This document shows positions 38,474-49,005 of a stretch of 64,000 nt of DNA, in pieces. Numbering within the stretch: the stretch's first letter is position 1; the number at the start of each line of letters is the position of its first letter. Source of the stretch: Gemmatimonadota bacterium (GTDB taxonomy: Bacteria; Gemmatimonadota; Gemmatimonadetes; Gemmatimonadales; Gemmatimonadaceae); contig JAZJZK010000027.1 in NCBI GenBank assembly GCA_040389905.1, forward strand, positions 49,800-113,799, read 5' to 3'. The notes beneath the pieces are model-generated. The model saw only the letters and a program-made list of their open reading frames with translations. It searched no databases and had not been told where the DNA came from. Made by a program: the position numbers and the translations under genes.

Positions 38474-38762
38474 AGTCGTCGCGTTCCGTGAGCTCGAAAC
38501 GCTCGTCCGCCATCTTGGGGACGAGCTGGCGGGCTTTCGCCGTCGCGCGCTCCTCGCCGAGGCAAAGGTGCGCGAGACGGAGACGCATGGCGGCGAGCCG
38601 ATGGTGCAGCAGCAGCGCGAGCTGTCGGATCGGGTGACGGCGCTCGAGCACGAGAACGCGGCCTTGAAGGGCCGGCTCGACGCCGCCACGGCGCGTACCA
38701 AGCAGGTGCTCGACCGCGTGCGGTTCATTCGGCAGCAGTCCCAGGGCGGAGGCGACAAGTGA
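38451..38762 (+). CDS. Coiled-coil protein, ZapB-like by position
   Basis: 103-aa coiled coil between pheT and zapA. Confidence 0.65.
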   Translation: MSDSVRPEVVAFRELETLVRHLGDELAGFRRRALLAEAKVRETETHGGEPMVQQQRELSDRVTALEHENAALKGRLDAATARTKQVLDRVRFIRQQSQGGGDK

Positions 38763-39076
38763 ATCCGAAGAAAACCTCGGTCAAGGTCGAGATCCTGGGC
38801 GAGTCGTACGTCCTGCGGACGGATGCGGCGCCCGAGCACACGAAGGCCGTTGCGGAGCACCTCGACAAGGCGATTCGGCAGATCCTGTCGAGTGGAGCGG
38901 TGATCGAAGCGAACCGCGCGGCAATTCTGGCGGCACTACAGATCACATCCGAGCTGTTTCAGGCGCGCGAAGCCAACGGATCACTGGTTGGATCGATGCA
39001 GGGTCTTTCGGCGGATATTCGGCGACTGCTACCACCGGCCAAGCGGGATTCGATAGCCGCAAGTACAGTCAGCTAG
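38759..39076 (+). CDS. zapA: Cell division protein ZapA
   Basis: VKVEILGESY, AILAALQI; pheT-zapA-rny order. Confidence 0.88.
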   Translation: MNPKKTSVKVEILGESYVLRTDAAPEHTKAVAEHLDKAIRQILSSGAVIEANRAAILAALQITSELFQAREANGSLVGSMQGLSADIRRLLPPAKRDSIAASTVS

Positions 39077-39115
39077 CGCCTGAAGGTGCCGTTTCTGGCG
39101 GACGTCGCGCGACGA

Positions 39116-39252
39116 GCGTGAAGAAATCGTGAAGAAGACCGTGACGAAAAGCGTGAAAAAGGCCGTGAAGAAAGGCGTGAAACGTCGTGGACGGGTTTTC
39201 ACGCCTTTATTCACGTAGTTCTTCACGGGTCATTTCACGTCGTCTTTCACGC
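39116..39252. repeat. 12-nt periodic CGTGAA/TTCACG palindrome, family E copy 1
   Basis: 6 CGTGA(A) units (39117, 39128, 39140, 39152, 39164, 39176) facing 5 TTCACG units (39198-39246, exact 12-nt spacing). Confidence 0.92.
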
Positions 39253-39301
39253 ATTTGAGCCACCAAGGCTGTGTGATCCCCGGCTCCGACGAGATAGCTG
39301 C

Positions 39302-39330
39302 TTGCACCGCCCGGCCCCGCCTCATAACTT
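39302..39330 (+). promoter_or_regulatory. Putative sigma70 promoter (6S RNA/rny)
   Basis: TTGCAC-17nt-TAACTT. Confidence 0.55.
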
Positions 39331-39470
39331 CCGCGAGTAACCCAGCTGTGCCGTAGGTTGAAGCGCCCTTTGTAGTTAGCTCGCTCCATGCCGCACCCTA
39401 CGTCGGTGCGTCCTCGAGCGTTGCGCTATACGGCGGCGCTCCGCGGTTCGGCGGTGGTATCCTTTCTCCT
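39331..39470 (+). ncRNA. ssrS: Candidate 6S RNA
   Basis: Position between zapA and rny; nested stems GCCGTA/TACGGC, AGCGC/GCGCT, GCTCG/CGAGC, CGCACC/GGTGCG with internal bubble; ends uncertain. Confidence 0.62.
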
Positions 39471-39498
39471 GCGGCCTCCGCGGTGGAGCATAGATCAT

Positions 39499-41094
39499 AT
39501 GGACAGAATGGCATTATTTGCCGCGCTTGGCGCATTCCTGATCGCCTCGCCGGCTTTCTTCTTTTTCGGACGCAGCCTCGGCATCGGCAAGGGCAGACAG
39601 GCTGAGATCGAACGCCTCGCCGCCGCGAAGGGCACGGCGGAGGAAACAGCAAAGCGCATCGTCGCCGAGGCGGAACGCGAGGTGGAGACCACCCGCAAGA
39701 GCGCCGTCATCTCCGGGAAGGAAGAGGTGATGAAGTTGCGGGAGACCGCGGAGCAGGAAATGCGGTCCCGCCGAGCCAGTGTCGAGCAGGAGGAGCGTCG
39801 CGTCAGTGAGCGCGAGAGCACCCTCGATCGAAAGCTCGAGCTGGTCGAACAGCGTGATCGAGACGTCGGCCGCCGAGCGAGCGATTTCGGCCGCCGCGAG
39901 AAACTCGTCCAGACGCGCGAAGAGGAACTCGAAAAGCTGATCGCCGACGAGCGTCGCCGCCTCGAGCAGATGGCCGGCATGTCCGCGCAGGACGCCAAGA
40001 ACGAGTTGATTCGCCGGTTGGAAGAAGAAGCACATGCTGACGCGGCCAACATGCTGCGGGAAATCCGCGAGAGTGCCCGCCGGAACGCCGAGCGTGAAGC
40101 GAAGAAAATCGTTGCCCTGGCCATTCAGCGCATTGCGGCGGACACGACGGCGGAGACCACCGTGTCCGCAGTATCGTTGCCGAACGATGAAATGAAGGGC
40201 CGCATCATCGGCCGCGAAGGCAGGAACATTCGCGCCTTCGAGTTGGCCACCGGCGTCGACGTCATTATCGACGATACGCCCGACACCGTCGTGGTTTCCT
40301 GCTTCGATCCGATTCGCCGCGAAGTCGCACGCCTCGCGCTCGAGAAGCTGGTGTCCGATGGTCGAATCCATCCAGGACGCATCGAGGAGGTCGTGAACAA
40401 GTCGAAGAAGGAAGTCGACATCGCGATCGTCGAAACGGGAGAGCAGGCCGCATACAACACCGGCGTCCACGGGTTGCACCCTGAGCTGATCAAGCTCATC
40501 GGACGCATGAAGTGGCGCACGAGTTATGGCCAGAACATCCTCCAGCATTCGCAGGAGGTGGCACACCTCGCGGGCATCATGGCCGCGGAACTCGGACTCG
40601 ACGTGGCGATGTCCAAGCGTGGCGCGCTGCTCCACGATGTGGGCAAGGTGCTCACGCACGAGCATGAAGGCACGCACGTGCAGCTTGGCGTGGAAATGGC
40701 CACCAAGTACGGCGAAAACCCGCTAGTGGTGAATTGTATTGCGGCGCATCACGACGACGTCCCACATGAGAGCGAAGTTTCGGTGCTCGTTCAGGCTGCC
40801 GATTCGATATCGGGCTCGCGTCCCGGCGCGCGACGCGAAGCATTTGAGACGTACGTCAAGCGGCTCGAAGGGCTCGAACGCATCGCGTCGAGCTACAAGG
40901 GCGTCGAGCGCGTATTCGCGATTCAGGCGGGCCGCGAAATCCGCGTCATCGTCGTACCGGACGATGTGGATGACATGCGCATGACGACGCTCTCCGAGGA
41001 GATCGCGCGTCGTATCGAGGCGGAACTCCAGTATCCAGGACAGATCAAGGTGGTGTTGATTCGCGAAACGCGGGCGGTGGACTTTGCCCGCTGA
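39499..41094 (+). CDS. rny: Ribonuclease Y
   Basis: N-terminal TM, coiled coil, KH ([12 protein letters not shown]), HD (LLHDVGK). Confidence 0.96.
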   Translation: MDRMALFAALGAFLIASPAFFFFGRSLGIGKGRQAEIERLAAAKGTAEETAKRIVAEAEREVETTRKSAVISGKEEVMKLRETAEQEMRSRRASVEQEERRVSERESTLDRKLELVEQRDRDVGRRASDFGRREKLVQTREEELEKLIADERRRLEQMAGMSAQDAKNELIRRLEEEAHADAANMLREIRESARRNAEREAKKIVALAIQRIAADTTAETTVSAVSLPNDEMKGRIIGREGRNIRAFELATGVDVIIDDTPDTVVVSCFDPIRREVARLALEKLVSDGRIHPGRIEEVVNKSKKEVDIAIVETGEQAAYNTGVHGLHPELIKLIGRMKWRTSYGQNILQHSQEVAHLAGIMAAELGLDVAMSKRGALLHDVGKVLTHEHEGTHVQLGVEMATKYGENPLVVNCIAAHHDDVPHESEVSVLVQAADSISGSRPGARREAFETYVKRLEGLERIASSYKGVERVFAIQAGREIRVIVVPDDVDDMRMTTLSEEIARRIEAELQYPGQIKVVLIRETRAVDFAR

Positions 41095-41968
41095 TCTCAT
41101 CGACGGTACCGCTCTCGCGAAGCTGATTCGCGGCGAGGTCGCCGCGGAAGTCACCGGCCTGCACGCCAAGGGGGTGACACCAGGCCTGACCGTCGTTCTT
41201 GTCGGCGACGACGCGGCGAGCGCCGTATACGTCGGCGCGAAGGAGAAGGCATCGCGCGAGGCGGGAATGGCTGGCGAAACCATTCGCTTGCCCTCGACGA
41301 CGACACAAGCCGAGTTGCTCGCGCTCGTCGGACAACTCAATGCCGACACGACGGTGCACGGCATCCTCGTGCAGATGCCGCTGCCGAAGCACATCGACCC
41401 GGACACAGTCATTCGCCACATCGATCCGGCGAAGGACGTCGACGGCTTTCATCCGGTGAACGTCGGCAAGACCCTCATCGGGCACACCGATGGCTTCGCG
41501 CCGTGCACGCCGGCTGGCGTGCAGCGGATGCTCTTGCACTACAATGTTCCGACCAGCGGCGCAGACTGCGTCATCGTCGGACGCAGCACGATCGTCGGCA
41601 AGCCGATGGCGTCGCTGATGGTGCAGGCCGGTGCCGGCGCCGATGCGACCGTCACCATCTGTCACAGCCGTACACGCAACCTCGCCGATCACACGCGTCG
41701 TGCCGACATTCTCATCGTGGCCGCGGGGCGCGCACAGATGGTCACCGGCGACATGGTGAAACCGGGCGCCGTCGTCATCGACGTCGGGATGAACCGCATC
41801 GCCGACGCGTCCACGAAGAGCGGCACGCGCCTCGTCGGTGATGTGGATTTCCAGACTGTGCGCGACGTCGCGTCGTTGATCACGCCAGTTCCCGGCGGCG
41901 TCGGGCCGATGACGATCGCGATGTTGTTGAGAAACACCGTCCGATCGGCTGCACGGTCGATCGGCTGA
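41084..41968 (+). CDS. folD: Methylene-THF dehydrogenase/cyclohydrolase
   Basis: [25 protein letters not shown]. Confidence 0.96.
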   Translation: MPADLIDGTALAKLIRGEVAAEVTGLHAKGVTPGLTVVLVGDDAASAVYVGAKEKASREAGMAGETIRLPSTTTQAELLALVGQLNADTTVHGILVQMPLPKHIDPDTVIRHIDPAKDVDGFHPVNVGKTLIGHTDGFAPCTPAGVQRMLLHYNVPTSGADCVIVGRSTIVGKPMASLMVQAGAGADATVTICHSRTRNLADHTRRADILIVAAGRAQMVTGDMVKPGAVVIDVGMNRIADASTKSGTRLVGDVDFQTVRDVASLITPVPGGVGPMTIAMLLRNTVRSAARSIG

Positions 41969-43227
41969 TGCGCCGTCGCGCCGAATCGGCGTCTGGCGGC
42001 CCGGGCGACTCGCCGTCGCTGTTCGATTCCGGGCTTCCGTTCGATGATCCGGTCATCGACGATCCCGATGTCTTTCCAGGTTCCAGCCCGCGGTCGGCCA
42101 TCGCGATTGCGACGCTGACGCAGACCGCTAAGGACATCCTCGAGGGCGCGTTCCCACCCATCTGGGTGCGTGGCGAGATCAGTGACTTCAAGTCGCATCG
42201 CAACGGACACTGGTATTTCGCACTTCGTGATCGCACGTCGCAGCTCAAATGCGTCGTCTGGTCGCGCGACCAGATGGGTATCCCCGCCGCGCCCGACGAC
42301 GGAATGCAGGTTACGGCACTCGGCCAGCTCGGCGTGTACGCTGCTCGCGGCGAAATGCAGTTCACCGTCAAGCGGATCGATGCGCAGGGTGATGGGCTCT
42401 GGCGAAAGGCGTTCGACGCCACGCGCGCCAAGCTCGACGCCGAGGGACTCCTCGCTCCCGGCCGAAAGCGCCCACTGCCGAGGCATCCGCGCTGTATTGC
42501 TTTTGTGACGAGCGCCAGCGGGGCGGCATTGCGAGATGTCATCTCGGTGTTGCACCGCCGGGCGCCTGGCGTGGAACTCGTCGTCGTTCACGCGGCGGTG
42601 CAGGGTGCCAGTGCGCCGCAGGAAATCTGCCGCGCGCTCAAGCGCGTCGCGCGGTGGGGAAAGGCGGAACTGGTGATCATCGGACGAGGTGGCGGGTCGC
42701 GCGAGGATCTCTGGGCATTCAATGACGAGCGTGTTGCGCGCGCCGTCGCCGCGTGTGCGGTGCCCACGATTTCGGCGGTCGGTCACGAGGTCGATTTCTC
42801 GATTTGCGATCTCGTCGCGGACGTTCGCGCCGCAACACCGTCTGCCGCGGCGGAAGCCGCCGTGCGGTCGCACGAGGAAATCGTCGGCGGACTGGTGGCC
42901 CTGCGCCGGCGCATGGTGCAGGCGATCGACAATCGGCTGTACGAACCGAGAGCACGCGCCGTCGCCGCTGCGCACGACATTGCCGGAGCGACGCAGGAAC
43001 TCCTGCACGCACGTGGGCATCGTCTCGGCGCCCTGTCGGGCCGACTCAATGCACTCAGTCCGCTCGCAACACTCGAGCGCGGGTACGCCGTTGCACGCGC
43101 AACGGATGGCCGCACACTGGCATCCGTGGCTGACTTCTCGCCGCAGCTTCCATTCACGCTACGCGTACGCGATGGTGAGATCGATGCCGTTGCCGGCGAG
43201 CGCCATTCGGGTGCGAAGACCGCATGA
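41968..43227 (+). CDS. xseA: Exodeoxyribonuclease VII large subunit
   Basis: GHWYFALRD, RGGGSREDLWAFN, GHEVD, RAATPS. Confidence 0.94.
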   Translation: MRRRAESASGGPGDSPSLFDSGLPFDDPVIDDPDVFPGSSPRSAIAIATLTQTAKDILEGAFPPIWVRGEISDFKSHRNGHWYFALRDRTSQLKCVVWSRDQMGIPAAPDDGMQVTALGQLGVYAARGEMQFTVKRIDAQGDGLWRKAFDATRAKLDAEGLLAPGRKRPLPRHPRCIAFVTSASGAALRDVISVLHRRAPGVELVVVHAAVQGASAPQEICRALKRVARWGKAELVIIGRGGGSREDLWAFNDERVARAVAACAVPTISAVGHEVDFSICDLVADVRAATPSAAAEAAVRSHEEIVGGLVALRRRMVQAIDNRLYEPRARAVAAAHDIAGATQELLHARGHRLGALSGRLNALSPLATLERGYAVARATDGRTLASVADFSPQLPFTLRVRDGEIDAVAGERHSGAKTA

Positions 43228-43442
43228 CACTCGAACAGCGCCTCGAGCGCCTCGAGGCGATCGTTGCAGAGCTCGAGCGGGAGAAGCTCGACTTGTCCGC
43301 GGCGTTGACCCTGTTCGAAGAGGGGGTCACCTGCTTGCGCGACGCTGCGGCGTCGCTCGCCGAAGCCGAGACGCGTGTAAGGAAGCTGACCCGGCTGGCC
43401 GACGGTGCCTTCGTACTCGAGGAGCTCGACGAAGATGAGTGA
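43224..43442 (+). CDS. xseB: Exodeoxyribonuclease VII small subunit
   Basis: LERLEAIVAELE..LFEEG. Confidence 0.9.
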   Translation: MTLEQRLERLEAIVAELEREKLDLSAALTLFEEGVTCLRDAAASLAEAETRVRKLTRLADGAFVLEELDEDE

Positions 43443-44343
43443 CGTAGCCGTTCGCGGCGATGTCGCATCGCTCGTACGGCACCGGGACGCGATTCTCGTC
43501 GTGCTCGCAGCCGTCTGCGAGCGCTATCTGCCGGGCTTGCGTCCACCGGTTGGTGAGGCCATTCGCTATGGGCTGATGGGTGAAGGAAAGCGAATGCGAG
43601 GCATCCTCTTTCTGAGCGCCTACGAGGCTGCCGCTGGAACGCACGACGCCGCACTGCTCGGCGCATCGATCGAGGTCGTCCACGCCTATTCGCTCGTGCA
43701 CGACGACCTGCCATGTATGGACGACGACGAGTTCAGGCGCGGGCGACCGACCACTCACCGGGTGTACGGAGTTGCGGCCGCGACGGCAGCGGGCCTCGCC
43801 ATGGTACCGCTCGCCGCCCGCTGCGCAGCGGACGGAGCTCGCCAACTCGGCCTCTCGGAGACCGAGGTGGGAATAATCGTCGCCGAGCTGATGCGTGCCT
43901 CGGGCGCGGGCGGCATGATCGGCGGACAGCTTTTGGACCTCGAGGGTGAAGGGCGGGCGCTCTCGCTCGACGAGCTCGAGCGCATTCATCGCGCGAAGAC
44001 CGGCGCGCTCATCACGGCGGCCGCGACCCTCGGCGGCCGGGCCGCCCGCGCAAGCACCGAGCGTCTGGACGCCCTCGCGTTGTATGGTCAGGCGGTCGGC
44101 CTGGCCTTCCAGATTGCCGACGACGTCCTCGACGTCACCGCGACGACCGACCAGCTTGGAAAGACGGCGGGACGGGATCTCGACCTCCAGAAAGGGACGT
44201 ACCCGTCGTTGCTCGGCATTGACGGCGCACGGCATCGGGCGGCAGCGTTGATCGACGAGGGTTGTCGCGCCCTGGACGATGTCGGGCTGCTGACGCCGGA
44301 CCTGGCGCAGATCGCCCGCTTCACCGTGGAGCGCACCTCTTAG
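43435..44343 (+). CDS. ispA: Farnesyl/geranylgeranyl diphosphate synthase
   Basis: GKRMR, SLVHDDLPCMDD..RRG, FQIADDVLD. Confidence 0.92.
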   Translation: MSDVAVRGDVASLVRHRDAILVVLAAVCERYLPGLRPPVGEAIRYGLMGEGKRMRGILFLSAYEAAAGTHDAALLGASIEVVHAYSLVHDDLPCMDDDEFRRGRPTTHRVYGVAAATAAGLAMVPLAARCAADGARQLGLSETEVGIIVAELMRASGAGGMIGGQLLDLEGEGRALSLDELERIHRAKTGALITAAATLGGRAARASTERLDALALYGQAVGLAFQIADDVLDVTATTDQLGKTAGRDLDLQKGTYPSLLGIDGARHRAAALIDEGCRALDDVGLLTPDLAQIARFTVERTS

Positions 44344-44355
44344 ATTTCCCGGACC

Positions 44356-46245
44356 ATGTCCATTCTCGATCGCATCAATTCGCCCGCCGACATTCGGCCG
44401 CTCACCCGTGACGAGCTTCGCACGCTTGCGGCGGATATCCGCGCCCGCATGGTCGACGTCTGCTCGCGCACCGGTGGCCACATCGGCGCGGGGCTTGGCG
44501 TCGTCGAGCTCACCATCGCGCTGCACTACGCGTTCAAGACGCCGCGCGACCAGCTGGTCTGGGACGTCGGTCACCAGGGCTATCCCCACAAGCTGCTCAC
44601 CGGCCGCAATACGCGGATGGAGACACTGCGCCAGGAGAACGGCATCTCCGGCTTCCTCAAGCGCAGCGAGAGCGAGTACGACACCTTCGGCGCCGGTCAC
44701 GCGTCCACCGCCATTTCAGCCGGACTCGGCATGGCCGCCGCGCGCGATATCAATGGCGAGGAGGATCTCAAGGTCGTTGCCATTCTCGGCGATGGCGCAC
44801 TCACGAGCGGCCTGTCGTACGAAGGGTTGAACAACGCCGGCCATTCGGATCGGGATTTCATCGTCGTCCTGAACGACAACGAGATGTCGATCGCGCCGAA
44901 CGTCGGCGCCATGCACAAGTACCTGACGTCGATTCAGCGGAACCCGCTCTACAACCGGGTGCGGTCGAAGTTGGGCGAAATCGTGGACAACGCCGGCGCT
45001 GTTGGGACGATTGTCCGGAAGTGGGAAGAGAGCATGAAGTCCTTCCTGACCCCCGGCGTGCTCTTCGAAGAGCTGGGCTTCCGCTATTTCGGCCCGATCG
45101 ACGGCCACGATCTCGACATGCTCGTCGATACCTTTGCCGCCGTCCGTGAGCTCGATGGTCCGCGGCTGGTGCACGTCATCACGCAGAAGGGTAAGGGCTT
45201 TCCGGCGGGAGAACACGCGACGGGTGAGAAGTGGCACGCGCTACCGCCGGGTCACGATCCCTCGACCGGCAAGCAGCTCAAGGTGTCGACCGCCAACCCC
45301 GCATACACGGCAGCGTTCGGAAAGGGACTCACTGAGCTTGCCACCGAGAACAAGAAAGTCGTGACGATCACGGCGGCGATGCCGAGCGGCACGGGTGTGG
45401 GCACTTTCGCCAAAACGCATCCCGATCGGTTCTTCGACGTCGGCATCGCCGAGGGACACGCGGTGACCTTCGCGGCGGGGCTTGCGACACGTGGTTTGCG
45501 ACCGGTGTGCGCGATCTACTCGACGTTCCTCCAGCGCGCCTACGACAACATCATTCACGACTGCGCGATTCAGTCGTTGCCGGTTGTCTTCGCGATGGAC
45601 CGTGCTGGACTCGTTGGTGAGGATGGCGAAACGCATGCGGGGCTCTATGACATCGCCTACATGTTGGCGGTCCCGAACATGACCGTGACCGCGCCGAAGG
45701 ACGGGCGCGAAATGCTTGCGCTGCTACGCGCAGGAATCGAGCAGTCGCGCGGGCCGTTCTGCTTGCGCTATCCGCGTGATGCTGTCCCCGCAGCCGTGCC
45801 GGATATGCAGGACATCGCAGCCACCCCGCATGCGACGTGGGAAGTGCTGCGCAATGGATCGGAGGTGGCGATCCTCGCGGTCGGAACGATGGTCGGTACC
45901 GCGCTTGCCGCCGCAGCGACACTCGCGGAGGAAGGGCTCGACGTCTCTGTCGTGAACTGTCGCTACCTGAAACCGTACGATGAAGTGACGCTCGCCGCGA
46001 TACTCTCGCAGCACAAGCAGATCCTCATCGTCGAGGAAGGCACCGTGATCAATGGGTTTGGCGCATACATGAGCGCGATCATCGAACGTCACGATCCCGG
46101 TGTCCGCGTCCACACACACGGTGTTCCCGATCGGATCATCTATGCCGCATCGCGCGCCACGCAGTTGGCGGCGTTGGGGCTGGACGCGCCGGGAATTGCC
46201 GACCGTGTCCGTGCGCTCCACGAGAGCGAGGCGCTTACCGGGTGA
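44356..46245 (+). CDS. dxs: 1-deoxy-D-xylulose-5-phosphate synthase
   Basis: WDVGHQ, GDGALT..LNDN, GIAEGHA, YSTFLQR. Confidence 0.97.
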   Translation: MSILDRINSPADIRPLTRDELRTLAADIRARMVDVCSRTGGHIGAGLGVVELTIALHYAFKTPRDQLVWDVGHQGYPHKLLTGRNTRMETLRQENGISGFLKRSESEYDTFGAGHASTAISAGLGMAAARDINGEEDLKVVAILGDGALTSGLSYEGLNNAGHSDRDFIVVLNDNEMSIAPNVGAMHKYLTSIQRNPLYNRVRSKLGEIVDNAGAVGTIVRKWEESMKSFLTPGVLFEELGFRYFGPIDGHDLDMLVDTFAAVRELDGPRLVHVITQKGKGFPAGEHATGEKWHALPPGHDPSTGKQLKVSTANPAYTAAFGKGLTELATENKKVVTITAAMPSGTGVGTFAKTHPDRFFDVGIAEGHAVTFAAGLATRGLRPVCAIYSTFLQRAYDNIIHDCAIQSLPVVFAMDRAGLVGEDGETHAGLYDIAYMLAVPNMTVTAPKDGREMLALLRAGIEQSRGPFCLRYPRDAVPAAVPDMQDIAATPHATWEVLRNGSEVAILAVGTMVGTALAAAATLAEEGLDVSVVNCRYLKPYDEVTLAAILSQHKQILIVEEGTVINGFGAYMSAIIERHDPGVRVHTHGVPDRIIYAASRATQLAALGLDAPGIADRVRALHESEALTG

Positions 46246-47117
46246 TTCGACTCGGCGTCGCAGGCCATCTCGGCTACGAGGGCCTATCCGGCGTTCTCGA
46301 AACGCTGCGACGTCTGGCGCCCGCGCTTGGGTTGTCGCTCTCGTACGAAGAGAGTCTTCTGAAGATTGCGGGTCCCGCGGCTCCGGTCATCGACCCGGAT
46401 GCGCTCGACGCGATCGTCACGCTCGGCGGTGATGGAACGTTGCTCCGAGCGTCGCGCATCGCAGAGGAGCATCCGGTTCCCATTCTCGGCGTGAACCTTG
46501 GGCGGCTCGGATTCCTCACGTGCTGTCCCGCTGACGCCCTCGAGAGCGCGATGGGGAGATTGGCCGCCGGCGACTACGTCGTGGAGCCCCGCATGCGCCT
46601 GGACGCCCGAGTGCGGAATGCGCAAGGTGTCGATCAGGAGACATGGCTGGCGCTCAACGATGTGGTGTTGCACAAGGGTGGGTTCGCGCGCGTCGTCACG
46701 ATGGGCGTGCAGGCAAACGGCGAAACCGTCGCGCACTACTCTGCCGATGGCATCGTCATCTCGACGCCAACCGGATCGACAGCGTACAATCTCTCGGCCG
46801 GCGGACCGGTCGTATTTCCCACGCTCGAAACCATTCTCGTCACACCGGTGAGCGCACACACGCTTGCCCTGCGCCCACTCGTGCTTCCGCCCACGTCGGA
46901 GATCACCGTGCGTGTAGAAGATGGGCCGGATGGACTTTTGGTAACGGTCGATGGACAGGTCGGTGCGACATTTTCAGCGGGGGAAACGCTCGTCGTTCGC
47001 CGCTCGTCGCGTCCGGTGCCGATCGTTCGCTTCCCCGAAACCAGCTTCTTCGTCACGATGCGTGAGAAGCTTCAATGGGGTGGACTGCTCGAACGGGACG
47101 AAAAGACACGATGCTGA
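46242..47117 (+). CDS. nadK: NAD kinase
   Basis: GGDGTLL, GRLGFL, ALND, TPTGSTAY. Confidence 0.95.
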   Translation: MIRLGVAGHLGYEGLSGVLETLRRLAPALGLSLSYEESLLKIAGPAAPVIDPDALDAIVTLGGDGTLLRASRIAEEHPVPILGVNLGRLGFLTCCPADALESAMGRLAAGDYVVEPRMRLDARVRNAQGVDQETWLALNDVVLHKGGFARVVTMGVQANGETVAHYSADGIVISTPTGSTAYNLSAGGPVVFPTLETILVTPVSAHTLALRPLVLPPTSEITVRVEDGPDGLLVTVDGQVGATFSAGETLVVRRSSRPVPIVRFPETSFFVTMREKLQWGGLLERDEKTRC

Positions 47118-48802
47118 CCGAACTTCGCATCCGGAACTTTGCGATCATCGAATCGCTGACGCTGCCGCTCGGCCGTGGTTTCAACGTGCTCTCGGGCGAA
47201 ACCGGCGCCGGCAAATCCATCATCGTTGGCGCGCTCGGCTTGTTGCTGGGCGAGCGTGCGAGCGCCGACCTGATTCGCACTGGCGCCGACAAGGCCACGG
47301 TCGAAGGTGTGTTCGACGTCACCGATCGTCCGGAGATTGCGACGCTGCTCGACGAGCGCGGCATCGATGCCGAAGAACCGCTCGTGGTGCTCAAGCGCGA
47401 GATCGCGGCCGCTGGTCGGGCGCGCGCATGGGTCAACGGAACGACCGTGAGTGCCGCGATTCTCGCCGAGGTCGGGCGGCAACTGGTCAATCTGCACGGT
47501 CAGCATGAAGCGCAGACGCTCCTCGACGGCGATGCACAACGTCGCATCCTCGATGCATTCGCGGGCGCTACGGAACTCTCCGCCGCGGTGCACGATGCGC
47601 ACACGATGCTGGCGTCGACACGCCGGGAGATCGCGGACCTGCGCCGCCGTCGCGCGGATGCAGAGAAGCGCGCCGACTACTTGCGTCATGTCGTGCATGA
47701 GATCGAAGGTGCCAAGCTCATCGACGGCGAGGACGTGCGCCTCGAAGAGGAGGCGCGTCGCCTTGAGAATTCCGAAGAACTCCGTGAGCTCGCAACTGGC
47801 ATCTCGACGGCGATCGAGGGAGAGGACGACACGTTGCTCGAGCGGCTCGCGACGGTCGAGCGATCGCTCTCGCACATCCAGCGCGTCGATCCCACGCTGG
47901 CGCGGCTTCAGGAGTTGTACGATTCGGCGTACTACAACCTCGAGGCGTTGGCGCGCGAGCTCGTCGAGTACGAGGCCTCGGTCGAACTCGACCCCGCTCG
48001 TCTCGACGAAGTGCGCCGCCGTCGCGATCTGCTGTTCAAGCTGACGAAGAAGTACGGTGCCACACTGAGCGAAGTACAGGAGCAGGGAAGAACGGCGCGC
48101 GCCGAGCTGGAGTTGGTGGATTCGGCCGATCTCGATCTCCGCGTCCTGGAAGAGCGTGAGCGCGCGGCACTCGAGACACTCGTCACATGCGCGGGGACGC
48201 TGACAGCCGCGCGCGCGTCGGCAGCGGAACGGCTGGGCCGAGCCGTCGACGAAGTCCTGCCAGATCTCGGCATGAGTGACGGGCGATTCATTCCGGCGAT
48301 CATTCCGCTCCGTGAAATCGGTCCTGAGGGCGCGGAGGCTGTCGAGTTCCGTGTGTCACTCAATGTTGGCCACGAAGAGCGTCCACTCGCGCGCGTCGCG
48401 TCGGGTGGTGAACTGTCGCGCGTCATGCTCGCGCTCAAGACGATCCTCGCGCGCCTCGATCGCGTGCCGACGCTGATCTTCGACGAGGTTGACGCAGGCA
48501 TCGGAGGGCGCGTCGGGCTACAAGTCGGCGAGACGATGCGGCGTGTCGCGTCCTACCATCAGGTCTTCGCGATTACGCACTTGCCGCAGATCGCCGCGCG
48601 CGCGCACCATCACATCCTCGTAAGCAAGGGCGCGCGCGGCGGCGTGACGACCGCGGACGTCGTGGTGCTCGACGGCGAGGCGCGCGTCACGGAAGTCGCG
48701 CGCATGCTGGGTGGTGATCCCGAGAGTGACGTCAGCCGCGCGCACGCGACCGAGTTGCTGGAGAATGCCGCAGCGAAGCGTGCGGTGAGCAGCCGTCGTT
48801 AG
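47111..48802 (+). CDS. recN: DNA repair protein RecN
   Basis: SGETGAGKS, ASGGELSR, IFDEVDAG, ITHLPQ. Confidence 0.96.
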   Translation: MLTELRIRNFAIIESLTLPLGRGFNVLSGETGAGKSIIVGALGLLLGERASADLIRTGADKATVEGVFDVTDRPEIATLLDERGIDAEEPLVVLKREIAAAGRARAWVNGTTVSAAILAEVGRQLVNLHGQHEAQTLLDGDAQRRILDAFAGATELSAAVHDAHTMLASTRREIADLRRRRADAEKRADYLRHVVHEIEGAKLIDGEDVRLEEEARRLENSEELRELATGISTAIEGEDDTLLERLATVERSLSHIQRVDPTLARLQELYDSAYYNLEALARELVEYEASVELDPARLDEVRRRRDLLFKLTKKYGATLSEVQEQGRTARAELELVDSADLDLRVLEERERAALETLVTCAGTLTAARASAAERLGRAVDEVLPDLGMSDGRFIPAIIPLREIGPEGAEAVEFRVSLNVGHEERPLARVASGGELSRVMLALKTILARLDRVPTLIFDEVDAGIGGRVGLQVGETMRRVASYHQVFAITHLPQIAARAHHHILVSKGARGGVTTADVVVLDGEARVTEVARMLGGDPESDVSRAHATELLENAAAKRAVSSRR

Positions 48803-48871
48803 GTGCAGGCTGTTCGCTTCGCTCCCTTCGTCGCTCGCGCCGTCCGTCCTCGCCGGTACGACGCACAAAGG

Positions 48872-48972
48872 GCGTGAAAGACGACGTGAAATGACCCGTG
48901 AATAACTACGTGAATAAAGACGAAAAAACCCGTGCACGACGTTCCACGTCTCTCTTCCCGGTCTTCTTCACG
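48872..48972. repeat. Family E copy 2 (inverted relative to copy 1)
   Basis: 48872-48931 equals the reverse complement of 39193-39252 at 56/60 nt. Confidence 0.92.
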
Positions 48973-49005
48973 GCGAAGGGAGCTGCCCCTCTCGCAGCTA
49001 CGCCG

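Noticed and set aside
39116..39252. CRISPR array, or the small ORFs 39029-39226 and 48898-49437 that span family E
   Set aside because: The repeat is 6 nt with 6-nt spacers and there are no cas genes. The ORFs share sequence only because they read through the repeat.
39116..39252. Array of Rex boxes
   Set aside because: The units resemble the GTGAA half-site, but none forms TTGTGAA-N4-TTCACAA.
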